DNA of 64,000 nucleotides from Raja brachyura (GCA_963514005.1 OY740814.1:13516001-13580000); one strand, 5' to 3'; positions 13,694 through 26,837 are shown, numbered from the stretch's first letter. Program-made: numbers and translations. Notes: generated from the letters alone by a model not told the origin.

Positions 13694-13844
13694 CCCGGTG
13701 AAGAAGTGGGAGCAGGAGCTGCGGACTCTGGCCGAGAGCAACGCGCGGCTGGGCGCGGCGCTGCACGACTCCGCCGGCACCGCCGAGCACTGGAGGAGCC
13801 GCCTGGTGCACTGCAAGGAGGAGGGCGAGCGGCTGCGGGAGAAG
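13694..13844 (+). CDS. HOMER2: HOMER2-like exon 6 (PVKKWEQELRTLAESNARL...ERLREK)
   Basis: ccccag/gtgagg boundaries, 151 nt, phase matches exon 5. Confidence 0.9.
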
Positions 13845-14391
13845 GTGAGGTCCCGGCCCGGGGAAGGCGAGGTCGTGGGAGGCGCGGGATTCCTGGTCGG
13901 GGTGGGGGTCCCGGACATGGGGGTGTGTGTCAAGGTAGCTTTGCTCCTCTGCTCTTCTCCTGGTGGTACTGCGGTGGGCGGGTAGCAACATAGCCCTCCC
14001 CCCCCCAAAGCTGCCAGGGTGGAAGGGAGAAGGCAGGAGAATGACAATAGACAATAGGTGCAGGAGTAGGCCATTCGGCCCTTCGAGCCCAATCAGTACC
14101 CCGCTCCTGCCTTCTCCCCATATCCCCTGACTCCGCTATTTTTAAGAGCCCTATGTAGCTCTCTCTTGAAAACATCCAGAGAACCGGCCTCCACCGCCCT
14201 CTGAGGCAGAGTATTCCACAGAATGGGGTAAGGAGGGAGATATTAGCCATGCTTGAATGGGTCGGAAGGCCTAATTCTGATTCGTTGACGTGACCTGATG
14301 AGCCAGTCCCCGCTCACCCTCTCCCCTGCTACTGATGCGGGGAAGCCGCTAGCCGGGTGCGCTCTGACCTGCGCGACACCTCCTCCCGCAG

Positions 14392-14502
14392 ATCGTGGAA
14401 CTGGAAGCTCAGAGCGTCGACATCGGCAAGGAGAGGGAGCAGAATTCCCGGCTCAACCAGACTGCGCGGCTGCTGGAGGCGCAGATCAGCGAGAAGGAGC
14501 AG
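14392..14502 (+). CDS. HOMER2: HOMER2-like exon 7 (IVELEAQSVDIGKEREQNSRL...SEKEQ)
   Basis: ccgcag/gttggc boundaries, 111 nt, coiled coil. Confidence 0.88.
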
Positions 14503-14619
14503 GTTGGCACCACCCAGAAATTGTCCCCTCCCTTCCCGTCCCTCGCCCTAACTTCAACCCCGTAACCAGTTGTGGAGCCTGTGACCGAGGGCCAGGGGGA
14601 ACTGCAATCAGGAATTCGA

Positions 14620-14841
14620 AGATAGACACAACAAGCTGGAGTAACTCAGCGGGACAGGCAGCATCTCCGGAGTGAAGGAATGGGGGACGTTTCGTGTCGA
14701 GACCCTTCTTCAGAACCAGAAGTCTCGACCCGAAACGTCACCCATTCCTTCACTCCGGAGATGCTGCCTGTCCCGCGGAGTTACTCCAGCTTTTTGTGTC
14801 TATCTTCGGTATAAACCAGCATCTGTAGTTCCTTTCATTGC
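14620..14841. mobile_element. Palindromic Penelope-derived insertion with 13-bp TSD
   Basis: TSD atcaggaattcga at 14607-14619 and 14842-14854; inverted arms around tcgagacccttcttcag. Confidence 0.8.
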
Positions 14842-15752
14842 ATCAGGAATTCGAGCGGAGAGAGGGTCCGGTCAGGGATGGGCGGGCGGCGATGGCCCGC
14901 CCGTGGACAACTTCCGTTATTTTGGACTCTCGTAGTGGGTGGAGAAGGTCTACCGAGACTCCCAGGTCCTGGATTTGGACAAAGGCTCCTCACCGCAGGA
15001 GACTCCCGCCCCAGTCCCGGGTGGAGGAAGCAACTGGAGCCTAGATTGAGGGCTAGGGATCAGCGTTGTTCATCAGGAGCCCTCCCCCAGCTCCCTGAAG
15101 CGCTATCCTGGTGTTGCATTCTGGAATCGTTGCTGCTCCCACTCTCCAATGCGCGCTGATGCCTTTCCTACAGCACTTTCCCAGGAGTGCAGGCCCCATC
15201 CTCCTCTCCCCCCCCCCCTCCCTCTTCTCGTCCCACCAAACACAGGGGGGCAAGCAACCCTTACGGGTACAGCAGCGATTCACTCGCCCTTCCAGCGTAG
15301 TAGGAGTCTGAACTTTCAGACCTCGTCACTTTAATTCACCCTCCCACTGCCTCCCAAACAATGCCCAACGTGAGACGAGAGCAGCGGCTCGGATACCTTG
15401 GCCTATTTCAGGGTAATGATTCCATATCTGCTGTTCCCTCCTCCGATCCCCTTCCTCCTTTTTCACCCATATCCATACGCTCGTTGCCTCCCCCATCTCC
15501 CGCCCATTGAGCTTTCCTTTGTTCTGATGAGAGGTCATTGATCTCAAACGAGGGGGGTGATAGAAGCAGGGAAACTCAATGTTGACGTGTCTCGATGGCC
15601 ACTTGAATCATCAAAGCAGAGAAGGCTACCGACCAAATGTGGACAGATGGTGGATGCTGTATGGTCGGTATGGAAATAGTGGGCTGAATGGCCTGTTTCT
15701 GTGCTGGGTTTCATTGCGCGAAAATCCCAGTAACCTCTGTTCTTTCCCACAG

Positions 15753-15833
15753 GAGCTGGAGAGACTGAGAACAGAGGTGCAGGTTATCCCAGGCCTGCTG
15801 GAGCAGTGTGAGGGGTTACAGCACCAGCTGCAG
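15753..15833 (+). CDS. HOMER2: HOMER2-like exon 8 (ELERLRTEVQVIPGLLEQCEGLQHQLQ)
   Basis: ccacag/gtaagc boundaries, 81 nt. Confidence 0.9.
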
Positions 15834-16014
15834 GTAAGCAAGGGCTGGTGTCTGCTAGATGTGAGGTGGATGGCAGAGGTGGTGAACTGGGGAATCCAGG
15901 AGTCTTGCTCGCCCCAACCCTGCCAGCTCCCTGGTACCTGGACTGACCAATCCGTCATTTATCCGATCAGCTGCCGAAACACCCACTTATTTGTTTACTA
16001 GTTGGGACAATTCA

Positions 16015-16280
16015 GTCTTTAGCTTGGAGATACAGCATGGAAATGGGCCCTTTTGCTGTTCTATCACCTGTTCAGACTTGTTCCATGTTATTCCACTTTC
16101 TTATTCACACCCTACCCACCGTGGGACAATTAACCTGTCAACCCAGCACGCCTTTGGGATGTTGGAGGAAACTAGAGCATCCGGGTGAACGTGTAAACTC
16201 TATACTGACAGCACCTGAGGTCGGGATTAAACCCTGGTCTCTGGCGCTGTGAGGCAGCAACTCTATCAGCTGCGCCACCT
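16015..16280 (-). mobile_element. tRNA-derived SINE with CR1-like tail (degenerate)
   Basis: ggaggaaac...aaccctggtctctggcgctgtgaggcagcaactcta..gctgcgccacc is a reverse tRNA-like head. Confidence 0.7.
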
Positions 16281-16539
16281 CCATAAATAAATTTGGGTTA
16301 CACCAGTTCTCAGGAACAGAATCCTGTCACACTTGGGCCCCACTCACGGTCTGCCCAGACCTGGTAGGCTGAAGGACTTGTGATGTATGGTTCTGTGTCT
16401 AACTTCCATGCTATGGAAGCACTGCCTCTACATGTGGTTCAGATACCATGAGAGCAGTTATACACAGCCTGGATACCACACATAATGTGCACCACAGCCC
16501 CTCTCTCCCCATCACTGACACTGTCCTGTGTGTCCACAG

Positions 16540-16728
16540 AGCGCAGAGAGCACCAACGCAGAGCTGGAGAGCAAGTCCAAGACGATGAAGTGTAATATGG
16601 AGGAAAGCCATCGGAAGCACGGGAACCTGGTGAAGGAACTGAATACCTTCCTCGCGATCCTAGATGGGAAAATTGATGAGCTTCACGGATTCCGACAGGG
16701 ACTTGCTAAATTGGGGATGAACAAGTGA
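16540..16728 (+). CDS. HOMER2: HOMER2-like last coding exon (leucine-zipper tetramerisation tail)
   Basis: ccacag acceptor; FLAILDGKIDELHGFRQGLAKLG; TGA ends at 16728. Confidence 0.93.
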   Translation, partial: SAESTNAELESKSKTMKCNMEESHRKHGNLVKELNTFLAILDGKIDELHGFRQGLAKLGMNK

Positions 16729-19284
16729 TGAGGGGTGACTCTCAGGGTGGGAATCGTGAGAGGGGACCATTCAAATTCAGTGGGGGGGAAGATTCAACAC
16801 CTGACCCAGATGCTCCACATCTGGCTGCCGCTCTACCTTGACCCGAGGGTCAGCCTCCTGTGAGGGTCAGTCAGGCACAAGGGTGTTGCTGGTAACACCT
16901 ACCCTTGGTCTGAGTGGCTCCCTGGACCTTAGATGGGTATGGAGTTGCTCAGCTGAGACTGGCAATGATGCCCACCCCAAGGACATTCGTGACCAGGTTA
17001 GGTATCCAGGAGTTTTGTGTCACTGTTACTAAAACCAGCTATTTTGTAAATTCCAGATTATTAAATGATTTAAGATTGCACAGCTGCTGTTGTGAGATTT
17101 GAACTCGCTCTTTGAATGAATGACTCACAAACTATAATCCTTGAGGTATGGGCACTGATGTGAAACACTGACTGGTCTGATCCACCCACACTCCCCATTT
17201 CCCACAACGTCTGGATAGTTCCCAGTCAGTGGCATTGACAGAAGTTCGGTTCCCTGCCTCCCACACACTCTCTGTGCCCACCTGCTATTGCACCAAATAT
17301 TTTAGATTACTGTAATGTTTAGAGCAACTGGAGAAGGTCAAGTAGCAGCTGTGGAGGGAAAATGGACGATGTTTTGGGCTGGGACCCTTCTTCTGGACTG
17401 AATCAGTCTGTTGATTTCCCTCCACAGATGACCCATTGAGTTCCTTCAGATGCTTTTTGTCTCGTGTGTCAGATTCCAGTATCTTGTGCCTCTTGTAATG
17501 TTCCATCCTGCTTGGTTTAGGAACAAACGCCCATCCAACCCAGAGTTTCAGTTCTCCCTGCCCTTCCTCATTCAGAACCGCACCAGGTCTTGTTCACTGC
17601 CTCTCGCTCCAGGCTAACACCTCAGCTCCTCATCTCCAGCCTGTGATCTACCCCCCCCCCCCCCAGCCCAGTTGCAGCCTCTTGATTGCCCTCAACTTTA
17701 ATTGCTCTATTATCTTTGTTTGCAGCTTGGGGAATTTCAAGCAGTCAATCCCCATCTCAGATGATATCCCTACTGAGAGGAAGTCCAATCACAACTTTGT
17801 TTTTACATCTGATAAGGGGGCGAGTTGGCAGAAACACGAGTTTCTCCATGAGACCAGTTTGCGTGTGTTAACGCCAGAGGGGTCTCCCTGCTCTGCCAGA
17901 GGACTTGTCAACGCTAGGTCTTCCTTAATTCTCTCCTCTCTTGCCAAAATGCAGCTCTCTTTATTCCTTCCAAGGAGAGGCACAATAGAAGTAATCTCAA
18001 TGTACAACAACCTCTGACAAATAGTCGTACAACATGGAAACAGGCCCTTCAGCCCAACTCGTCCACGCCGACTAAGTCCCATCAAAGATCGCCCCATTTG
18101 CTTGCATTGGACCATAATCTCTCTAAAACCTTTTTTATCCTTGTACTTGTCCAACTGTCGTTTACTGTTATTGTACTGCCTCAACCACTTCCACATACCC
18201 ACCATCCTCTCTGTGAATAAGTTGCTCCTCGGGTTCATGCTAAATCTTTGCCTCCCATCTTAAACCTGCACCCTCTAGTTCTTGCTCTTGGGTGAAAACC
18301 AGACTGGAGCTGGGAGAGAGCATCACCACATGTGGCACCACAGAGTTGCCCCAGTGATACCAGCTGTCTACGCAGCTCAGAAATCCCAAACTCTACCTCC
18401 AGGCATTTCCTACAAATGGCACCAGGGCACCTGAAACACCTGGAAACTTGCAAAGATAGAGTCTAATGATGGAACAGCATTTGATGGGTTGGAATGCAAA
18501 GCTCACCAGATGCAATGGGTCATTCTGTCCATCATATCTGTGCGAGCACTCTCCCATTAGCATACTTCCCAGCTCCCCCATGGTCTTCCCAACGGCTACC
18601 CCAAATATTTATACAGCTCACTTCTGAAATTCCTATTTGAGTTTCCTTCACTGCCAATCCATGGCATGTTTCCAGCTTAGAACTGTGTGGCAATCTGTTA
18701 CTTTATCTCTGCCTCTTTTACATCTCAAAGTTTTTGGCAATTCAATGACACAAGAACCTTTACTGTTCAAATTCTGCAACAACGGGATGTCACCAGTGCT
18801 GCAGACTTTGCGAGTTAAACCAATTATTCTATCATCTGGCACAGGACCAGTGCGTAAATCACATTCTTTTCCCTTCAGGAAGTGTCAACGTTTCAGTTAT
18901 ACTGGGACATCTCAGTTGCTCACTTTATAAATTTGCTGAAAGAGCTTAAACACTTTATTAACTGCACTGACTACTGGAGAGACAAAGTATACCTCATACA
19001 GCAGATGGTAAAGACTTCCATGAGTAATTGCTTCTCCACAGAAGGCAGACCTTTGAAGAGCAAAGGAATAAAATGTACAATAAATGCTCACAATACAAAA
19101 ACATTTCCATTATCAAGAGAGCCTTTGAAACAGAGTATGCTCTGTAATCGTACCATGGAGTAATCATATTCATATTAAAAATAAATGGTTATGAATTTCA
19201 GTCATTGATCTGTGCAAAGCATAATAATTTATGAATATATTTGCAGAAGCAGTTCCTGAAAAGACAAACTTCCATAATTAGCAG

Positions 19285-20085
19285 AGGCAAAAAAACAAGT
19301 TGTGGAGGAATTCAGCAGGGCAGCAGCATCTGGAAGGATGTGGACAGATGACTTTTTGAGTCGGGTCTCTTCTTCAGATTAATGGAGTAGAGGGAAGAAC
19401 TAGCAAAGTGGATTCAAGTGAGGAGTTGATTAGCAAATGATGTGGGTGGAAATAATAACCGAGGCTGGAGGTGAGGGAAATCAAATGTGAAAATGTGGAA
19501 TCTGATAAGAAAGGGTGTGGAGGAAGATAAAGAACCAGGAAGGGGGGGAGGAGTGTGTGTGGAAGGGACCAGGAGGGGGTGGGCAGGAGAAGGGAAATAG
19601 GGGAATAATATGGAGTACGAGGGATGTGGGGGTGGGGAAAATAATTCAGTGATAGCATCAATGTGGGGAGGGGGGGTTGGGGTAGTGGGAAGCATGAACG
19701 CGAGTGGGGGGAAACTGGGTATATGAAAAGGCAGAGAGCTACCTGAAATTGGAGACTTCAACATTCCTGCCGTTGGATTGCAAGCTACCAAATGGAATAT
19801 GAGGTGCTGTTCTTCTAGTTGGTGTGTGTCTTCAGTCTGGAGTGGTGGAGGTCGAGGACAGACTAGTTAAAATGGCGAGCAACCAGAGTATCCAGCAGGC
19901 TCATCTCTTGACCATCCCTACCCCTTGCCTCTCTACACCAGATTTCTCCATCAGTCTGAAAACGGGTCCTGACTGAAAATGTCATCTGAACATTTCCCTC
20001 CACTTTGTTGACTGGCCTGCTATGTTCCTAAGCAGTTTGTTATTTTGCTCACGATTTTAGAGTCTGCAGTCTCTTATGTCTCCAT
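19285..20085 (-). mobile_element. Penelope-like element remnant (endonuclease C-terminus plus terminal repeats)
   Basis: Minus strand reads as decayed LEEQHLIF.LGSLQ.NG.NVE.SNFR; inverted terminal-repeat copies at both ends. Confidence 0.7.
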
Positions 20086-21878
20086 TTAGTTAACAGGATT
20101 AGCAGTGGATTATTCACATCAATTCTGGGAGGAATAATTCTGCAGCAAAGAGTGAAAAGCACAATGCAATATTAGTCAATTCTCCCTCAGCTATTGTGCA
20201 GTTCTCAATTGGATGAATCTTTTTAAATGGCTTTTCAGTTCCTCCTGCTACCCACCTTTCTCATGTCCAAACAATATTGGCATCCCTATTCAACTATGGA
20301 GGACATTACAATCAAATACACAGCCGTCATCCAACAAGAGACGGAAACGAAAAACGTTAAGCAGCAGCACTGAAAAGGTTGCCTCTGCTTGGGAAGGTTC
20401 CCTTTAAACACCAGAATCACACACTGGTGTCCCGGTCCTCATCAAACCCAGAGAGGGACTGCTCCCATTGCAAGTACAACGTCAACAGTTCATCGCTCAA
20501 GCATCTCGTGCTGTATTAAATCCAAACAGCCCCTTTCCAGTTTTCAATCAATTATTCTCTTTCCAGACATGCAAGCATTCCGTAGAACCCCAGCTCACAG
20601 TGGGCAGCAGAGGCAACTGTTTCCATCAAGTTACCTTTCATCAGCTGAAACACTGCTGTTCTGCCTCCTGGTATCGCCATTTCTCCTCACTAACTTCCAC
20701 GAGCCTAATGCCCCGGTACAAATATAAAATCCTCAATCTTGTGTTTAAATCTCACCATAATCACATCCCAGTGCCTTGGAAAAGCGACGCTGTCACTTAA
20801 ACTCACCACATGCAGCACGTAGGTAATGCTGTACTGGTGGATGTGATCCCTCGCCAACATCGAACCCAACCCTCACCTTAGGTGAGCTGCATTTAAATTG
20901 CCCTTTAACACTATTCCAATAGCCGGAGGGTTGCCCTGGAGCCACTCACAGAATGTGATTGATTGGGGCATTGACAGGTTGCCGTTAGCAGGACCTCATC
21001 AGAAACAACTTGGCGGTTGCATTTCACACAGCACAACTACACACGTTTCCCCCCAAAAAATGTACTGGCTCAGGCTTCAAAGATGAAAAATAGAAGCCTT
21101 TGTTCTTTTCTCATCCTGCCTCCCATGTTTGAAGTGACATTCCTTCTCCAATATTTCTACTACCACGCAACATCAAACACAGGAGACATACTGTGCTGCC
21201 AGCCTGCATCGCCATTTAATACCACTGTGGACGTCTCCCTTCACCTGCAGTTCCCTACCCTGTCCTCAATCACTGGACCTGAAATCAAAATACATGAAAG
21301 GAACTGTAAAAATGAACTCTGTTGGCACAGTGATAATACCAGATATTGGTTCTTAAAATATTCTCTTAAGTGCAATAGGGATAATCAGACTTCAAATCAA
21401 AACCAAGGCAGCTCAGCAAGAATTGAAATGGGGGCAAGGAAAACAGCCTGAAGGAAGAGTCTGCACAAAAGATTAAAACATGTTTGAAGAGGCGCATGTA
21501 CGCAGTGTCCACACATCACAAGTGTGTATGTTGTGCTAGTATGCAGCAGGCCGAGATCTGATCATGTAAAGGCACAATTCAAATGACTGAATATTGATCT
21601 TTCTTTATGCCAGAATTGTCTGACTGCCAGTTGACTGCGATTAAGCACCCTGGGTACTTTTGGATGGTCATATTCCAACCTTAACGTGACTGTGAATGTT
21701 GGTGGTAGAAGAGCTCACCAATTGGATCCTTCAGCATCAAAACTGGTTGGGTGCGTCATCTGCTAAACTCCCATTTCTATTTTGCTACAACTGCATTATC
21801 CTATCAGCCATTTCAGATGGGCTAGATCCAAAGTTGCAGATGGGGTTATTTGCAACAAGCACCAGGCAACAGCCTAGG

Positions 21879-22177
21879 TCAGCTGTCCCATTCCTCAGCC
21901 TGTGCATCTTCGTCTTCATCTTCAGATTCTGGAGACACCGTCTTCATGCGTTTCATGGCTGCTTTGATGCTGCGCTCTAACTCGGTGGTTGGGTCATTGT
22001 TCAAGGGTTGGACAGGGCCTTCTTGGACCTTTCGCAATGGGACACCTCGGCGAATCTCAGCCAACAAATTATCTCGCAAACCCACAGGCTTCTCTGCAGA
22101 CAGCACCTTAGTCCGATCAACCTTCTTAAGCAACACTTCGCCACGCTTTAGTGAAGCCAGCACATCGTCCATGGATC
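21879..22177 (-). CDS. WHAMM: WHAMM exon 10 (WH2-WH2-C-A module)
   Basis: GSMDDVLASLKRG..LKKV; LLAEIRRGVPLRKV; ELERSIKAAM; acidic EEWDS*. Confidence 0.95.
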
Positions 22178-22347
22178 CTGGAGGGGGAAGGGTTGAGGAA
22201 TGGTCACTCACAATCTTACTATACCAGTGAATTGCTCAAAAGTTACAATGATATGCAACCTAAAGGATGGACTTTAAAAACATCTATTGTTAAGGACCAT
22301 AAAACTTTTATAACTGGTATGGCGGAGGATGGAAGTGGGATTGTTAC

Positions 22348-22705
22348 CTATATTTTCCTTCAGGGATTTCTTTGCTGAATTTTCGCTGGTGAAGATGAGT
22401 GGCTGTTCTTTCATGCCTTCGGATGTGCCCTTGCTCAGGAGAACCGGAGGAAGAGGAGGTGGTGGGGGCGGTGGTGGTGGTGGTGGGGGCGGTGGTGGAA
22501 GCGTCACTGAAGAGATTGCTCCTGTGTCTGCCTCTCCTGAAGATATTACAGCACCTGACGGGAGGAAGATGTGCACTGGAACATTGCTGGAAGACTTGCA
22601 GGCTCTGGGTTGCTTTTTGCTGGCAGAGCGGGGTGCTGCTGTGCCTTGGTTCTGCACTCTGGAAGTTTGACAGCGAGGTTTAAATGCAATCTGTCCCGAG
22701 GATTT
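22348..22705 (-). CDS. WHAMM: WHAMM exon 9 (polyproline region)
   Basis: poly-T tract then cccag acceptor; gtaaca donor; 358 nt; NVPVHIFLP followed by a long Pro run. Confidence 0.88.
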
Positions 22706-22889
22706 CTGGGAAAAAAAAAAACTTGTTTGTTAAAAATATGCATAAATATAGACTCTGTCACTAAATCCACTAAATCCAAATTAACACAAAAAAATTCAGG
22801 ACAAGCTGTAATGGAACAGTTGTGGTGCTAGTATCGTGGGGGCTAGAAGTTGGGCTTTCACCCTCAAGTGGGCTGTAATCGATCTCTAC

Positions 22890-22985
22890 CTCTTTAAAAC
22901 TACGCAGCCTTTGCAAAGTCTTTTGCCTCTCCATGTTTACCCACTCCCGTCTCCGTATGTTTTCTTCTTTATTCTGGTCATGTTT
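22890..22985 (-). CDS. WHAMM: WHAMM exon 8 (EWVNMERQKTLQRLRSFKE)
   Basis: acacag/gtagag boundaries, 96 nt. Confidence 0.92.
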
Positions 22986-23068
22986 CTGTGTAAACATAAT
23001 TTCAGACAGTGTGTTCACAAACTATCTACTGGTAGACATCAATCAAGTTGCACTTTGTAATCACTTAC

Positions 23069-23155
23069 CAGCTGAATGCTATGGTGTTGTCGGAAATTAG
23101 CTTCCTCTTCTTGCAACTGCTGTTGCTTAGCTCTTTGTGTTTCTTTACACTCCTC
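23069..23155 (-). CDS. WHAMM: WHAMM exon 7 (EECKE...RQHHSIQL)
   Basis: caccag/gtaagt boundaries, 87 nt. Confidence 0.92.
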
Positions 23156-24266
23156 CTGGTGAAGAGAAGATGCAATTGGGTCGTATGGTTGGAAATGGCA
23201 GACAATGATTATCCCCCCTACCACCCCAATTAGGGGTCCTCTAGCGAACAGCCCAAATAAACTGCAGGAATTGTATGTGAAGCAAGTATATGAGAATATC
23301 CCAACAAAACTGCTCATAGGTCGAGCCGTGTTGTGTTAGCCTTTGAACCCTATTTCAGAATGCTATTTCATTTTGAACACAAGCTATGTTAAAATTGTTT
23401 AATGCAAACATCCCCACATCTATACCTTAGCAGCTGAATGGTGACACAGAGATATAGAGGATCTTGGTCCAAATATACATTGACCTCAGTCGGAAGAAGG
23501 GTCCAAACCAGAAATGTCACCTATCCATTTTCTCCAGAGATGCTCCCTGACCCACTGAGTCATTCCAGCATTTTGTGTCTATTTCATACATAGACCTTAG
23601 CAGGTTCCACCGGTCCTCTACGCCTTGACAATGAGGGCTTACTGGAATTGTACAGATTCAGCTATTTACACCCAGTTGTCAAAATAAATCCAAAACATCT
23701 CAAGAGACTAAATTTTAGATAGCTGGCATTGAGTCAGTTTACACCCAATTTATTTGGCACTTATCCATGAAACCATCACTGTGAATCCTTCTCTGGAGGT
23801 CAACTGCAAATGTGGAGGCAGTGAATAAGACACTTAGTACTGCATTGTTTAATAACCCATCTGCGTGCCCTCATCAGCACCAGGCCAAGTTCATGTGCCA
23901 CCACCAACATTGTTCCATGCAAGTGAGACAAAATGTTACCACCCTATCAGCACCATCTTAACAGTGAAGATTACGTTCTGCTTCAACTGCTGATAAAGCA
24001 ATTGGAGCAAAAACATCCTAACAAAGAGGAAACCCTTGGATCACTTTGGCCTGCTTGAAGAGAGAATTGATCACAAGCAGCTCACCTAAAGCTTGAAACA
24101 ATTGCATGCAAAAAATAATGTTTTCACATGATTTGTTCAGTCGATGCATCATATTAATGTGACCCAATTTACATGAGAAAATAGTTGCATTGAGGTCCTT
24201 CAAATCAAAATGCAAGAGGGGAAAGCAATGGCCACCCTGCAGAGCATTGGAGGTTTCAGCAATTAC

Positions 24267-24454
24267 CCTCTTATTCCTCAGGTACGATCGGCGTGAGCAA
24301 ATGGCACCTCGTTTATTCTCCAGCTGGTGAACTTTGTGCAACAACATCTTAATGTCTACCGAGCGACTGTCATGTACCAGGCCCATCCCTTCATTGGCCC
24401 GAAGCTGCTCAGGGTCTTCACAGGCATCATAGTAAACCACTTCTTCCTCTTTCT
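24267..24454 (-). CDS. WHAMM: WHAMM exon 6 (EEVVYYDACEDPEQL...KRGAICSRRSYLRNKR)
   Basis: ctctag/gtaatt boundaries, 188 nt. Confidence 0.93.
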
Positions 24455-24619
24455 CTAGAGTTACAAATAAAGCCCTCATTAGGTGGCAACAATATAAGGG
24501 AGTATTCTAATCAAATATAATTTAGCTTCTTATTTTTTTGGAAGAAACTATTCTTGTGTTTTTCCCTACTTTAGGAAGTAACCACATGTTGTGTCCTCTT
24601 GCCTGCTATTGTTGAGTTA

Positions 24620-25277
24620 GAAAGCTTGGAAACAGTCCCTTCAGCCTAACTCTCCATGCTGACCAAGATGTCTATCCGAGCTATTCCCAACTGTTTGTTA
24701 TTGGCATATATCGCTCTAATCTTTCCACTACATATATATGTGTGCAGATGTCTTTTAAATATCACAATTGTATTCACTTCTACAGCTTCCTCTGGCAACT
24801 CATTCCACATTCCCCGTGTTCCATTTAAATCTTTCCCCTCTCACTTTAAACCAATGCTCTCCAGCTTTAGACTACCCATCCACTTTATCTATGTCCGTTA
24901 TGATTTTATAAACCTCGATAAGGTCACCCTACAACCTCTTGTGCTCCAGGGAACATTCCCAGGCTATCAAGCCTCTGCTAATAACTCAAGCCCTCCAGTC
25001 CCAGTAACATTCTTGCAAATCTTTCCTGCAACCTTTTCTGCTCAATGACATCCTTGTTATATATGGGTGACCAGAATTGCACATAATATTCCAAATGTGG
25101 TCTCACCAATATCTTGTATGGTCGCATCAAAAGGTCCCAACTCTGACACTCAATGCATTGACCAATGAAGGCAAGCAAGCCAAATGCCTTTTTCACCACC
25201 CTGTCTATCCGTGTTGCCACTTGCAGGGAACCATAGATCTGTAACCCCAGCTCTCTCTGTACTGCAACACTATCCAT
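24620..25277 (-). mobile_element. CR1 LINE 3' fragment
   Basis: VKKAFGLLAFI...LVRPHLEYYVQFWSP. Confidence 0.85.
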
Positions 25278-26425
25278 GACAATACAACCTGCCTTTGCAT
25301 TGTTTTATTTGATGATTCGGTCCACTTCCCCCTGGCTTGGCACAGTTGTGGATTGAAAAGACAAGAAGCCTCTGCATAATGTGCTTCTTGGCAATTTCAT
25401 CACACAGAGCTGTGTGAGGTATAGCAAGGCTTAAACTGGAAATTTGGCATTTGTTGTTTGCCCAGCAACAATGCTGGTGACTCGTTCTTCGTTCAGTGTT
25501 TCGTGGTGGACAGTCAATCTCAAAGCCAGCAGAGCAATTGGCTCTTACTGTGAAGCAAATTTGTCTAAGGCTGAAAGCATGATGGGAGTTGGGGAGGGGT
25601 GGGGTTAGATTGTATGATATCTATGACTGGAGCTTCATCATTAACAAATTAAGAGTTAAATATAAAGGTGAATCCTGGCTAAGGTGCATTTGGCTCAACG
25701 TGCCTTAGTCTCAAGTAAACCTCTGCTTAAAGGAAGAAATCCTGATTTATTGGCCCTTGCATTAGTGGGATCTGAACCATGCCTCATTTGCCAGGCACTG
25801 GAACCACAACCCTAAAGAAAAATCGGGCCGCTGGTTTTGCTGTCAACCTATGTGTGAGGAGAGGGGTCATGGTGAATTTTCAAAAGAATCCAAATCTAAA
25901 TTATACTATTTGATAAGGGGTTTGACTAGAGTTAGTGCCCCAAAGTAGCAAGCCTCACTCTTCCTCTGGTGATAACCACAGCCACCATAGCACTGGCGGA
26001 TACTCCCTGATTAACCACTCTTCAGATGAGATGATGAACACATGCCTTATTCTGTAGTTGACACTACTTTAGATTCAAGCAACTACTGGTTTTCGGACTT
26101 GATTGTCCATCAAGCAATACTGAACGAATGTTGCTGAGCACACAACAAATGGCAGATTTCCTGTTTAAGCCTTACTGTACTGCAAATATTTGTGAGTAAA
26201 GAGATTGCCATGGACGGTAGTGCACCTTAAGTAGGCATACCCTTCTGGCCTGCACAACATTCTTCGCTGCATCAGCCACTGGCTCTTTGTTTCCAACTCG
26301 TAATACTAGTGGTAACCCTTACCTCGGGAATATCTACTCATTTTAACAGGTGAATGAATGGGCTGGCTGGAATAAACCAACTCAATGCGCTGCAGTACAG
26401 ATGGGAATGATGAACAGCCACTTAC

Positions 26426-26588
26426 CCCTGGCTTCACGTCGAATGGTGTCCAGCTGAGCGACAACCAGCAGCTCCTCATATTTTAACGTTTCAAGCTGAA
26501 TGTTGTACAACTCCAGCTGCGTTTCATAATACCGCATTTCTAACTCATCCACCATCGCCACTGCTTTCCTGGTGTCAAGATGCTCCAT
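26426..26588 (-). CDS. WHAMM: WHAMM exon 5 (VDELEMRYYETQLELY...QLDTIRR)
   Basis: cttag/gtaagt boundaries, 163 nt; the preceding intron is only 79 nt. Confidence 0.92.
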
Positions 26589-26667
26589 CTAAGTTCAAAG
26601 AGAGTTTTGCTGAAGTATTTGGTAAGCTGCAGAGAGCAGTTTTTAAGCAGGACTGCAGGCATGTTAC

Positions 26668-26837
26668 CTTGTACTGAATCTGCGTTTTCTTGCGCTTTAA
26701 GCACAGCTCTTTTGCCCGAGTGTATTGTAACATTTCCTTCGCAAACATGAACCTCAATTTCTCCTGTCTGGGTGCCACACTGGCCCAGGCAGCTTTGCCA
26801 AATTGAATTCGATCTTCTTCCATCCGTTTCTGCATAG
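26668..26837 (-). CDS. WHAMM: WHAMM exon 4 (MQKRMEEDRIQFGKAAWAS...RAKELCL)
   Basis: ctgcag/gtaaca boundaries, 170 nt. Confidence 0.93.

Larger units (their letters stand above)
5391..16728 (+). other. HOMER2: Homer scaffold gene (HOMER2-like), span of coding exons 2-9; exon 1 (expected ATG GG) not located, probably upstream of the window
   Basis: Eight in-phase GT-AG exons encode EVH1 plus coiled coil, ending ...LDGKIDELHGFRQGLAKLGMNK*. HOMER2-type motifs [25 protein letters not shown]. Tail-to-tail with WHAMM as in mammals. Confidence 0.85.

Noticed and set aside
13151-14092. Several long overlapping ORFs (up to 248 aa)
   Set aside because: Shadow frames of G-rich intron plus the GC-rich HOMER exon 6; low-complexity translations with no domain.
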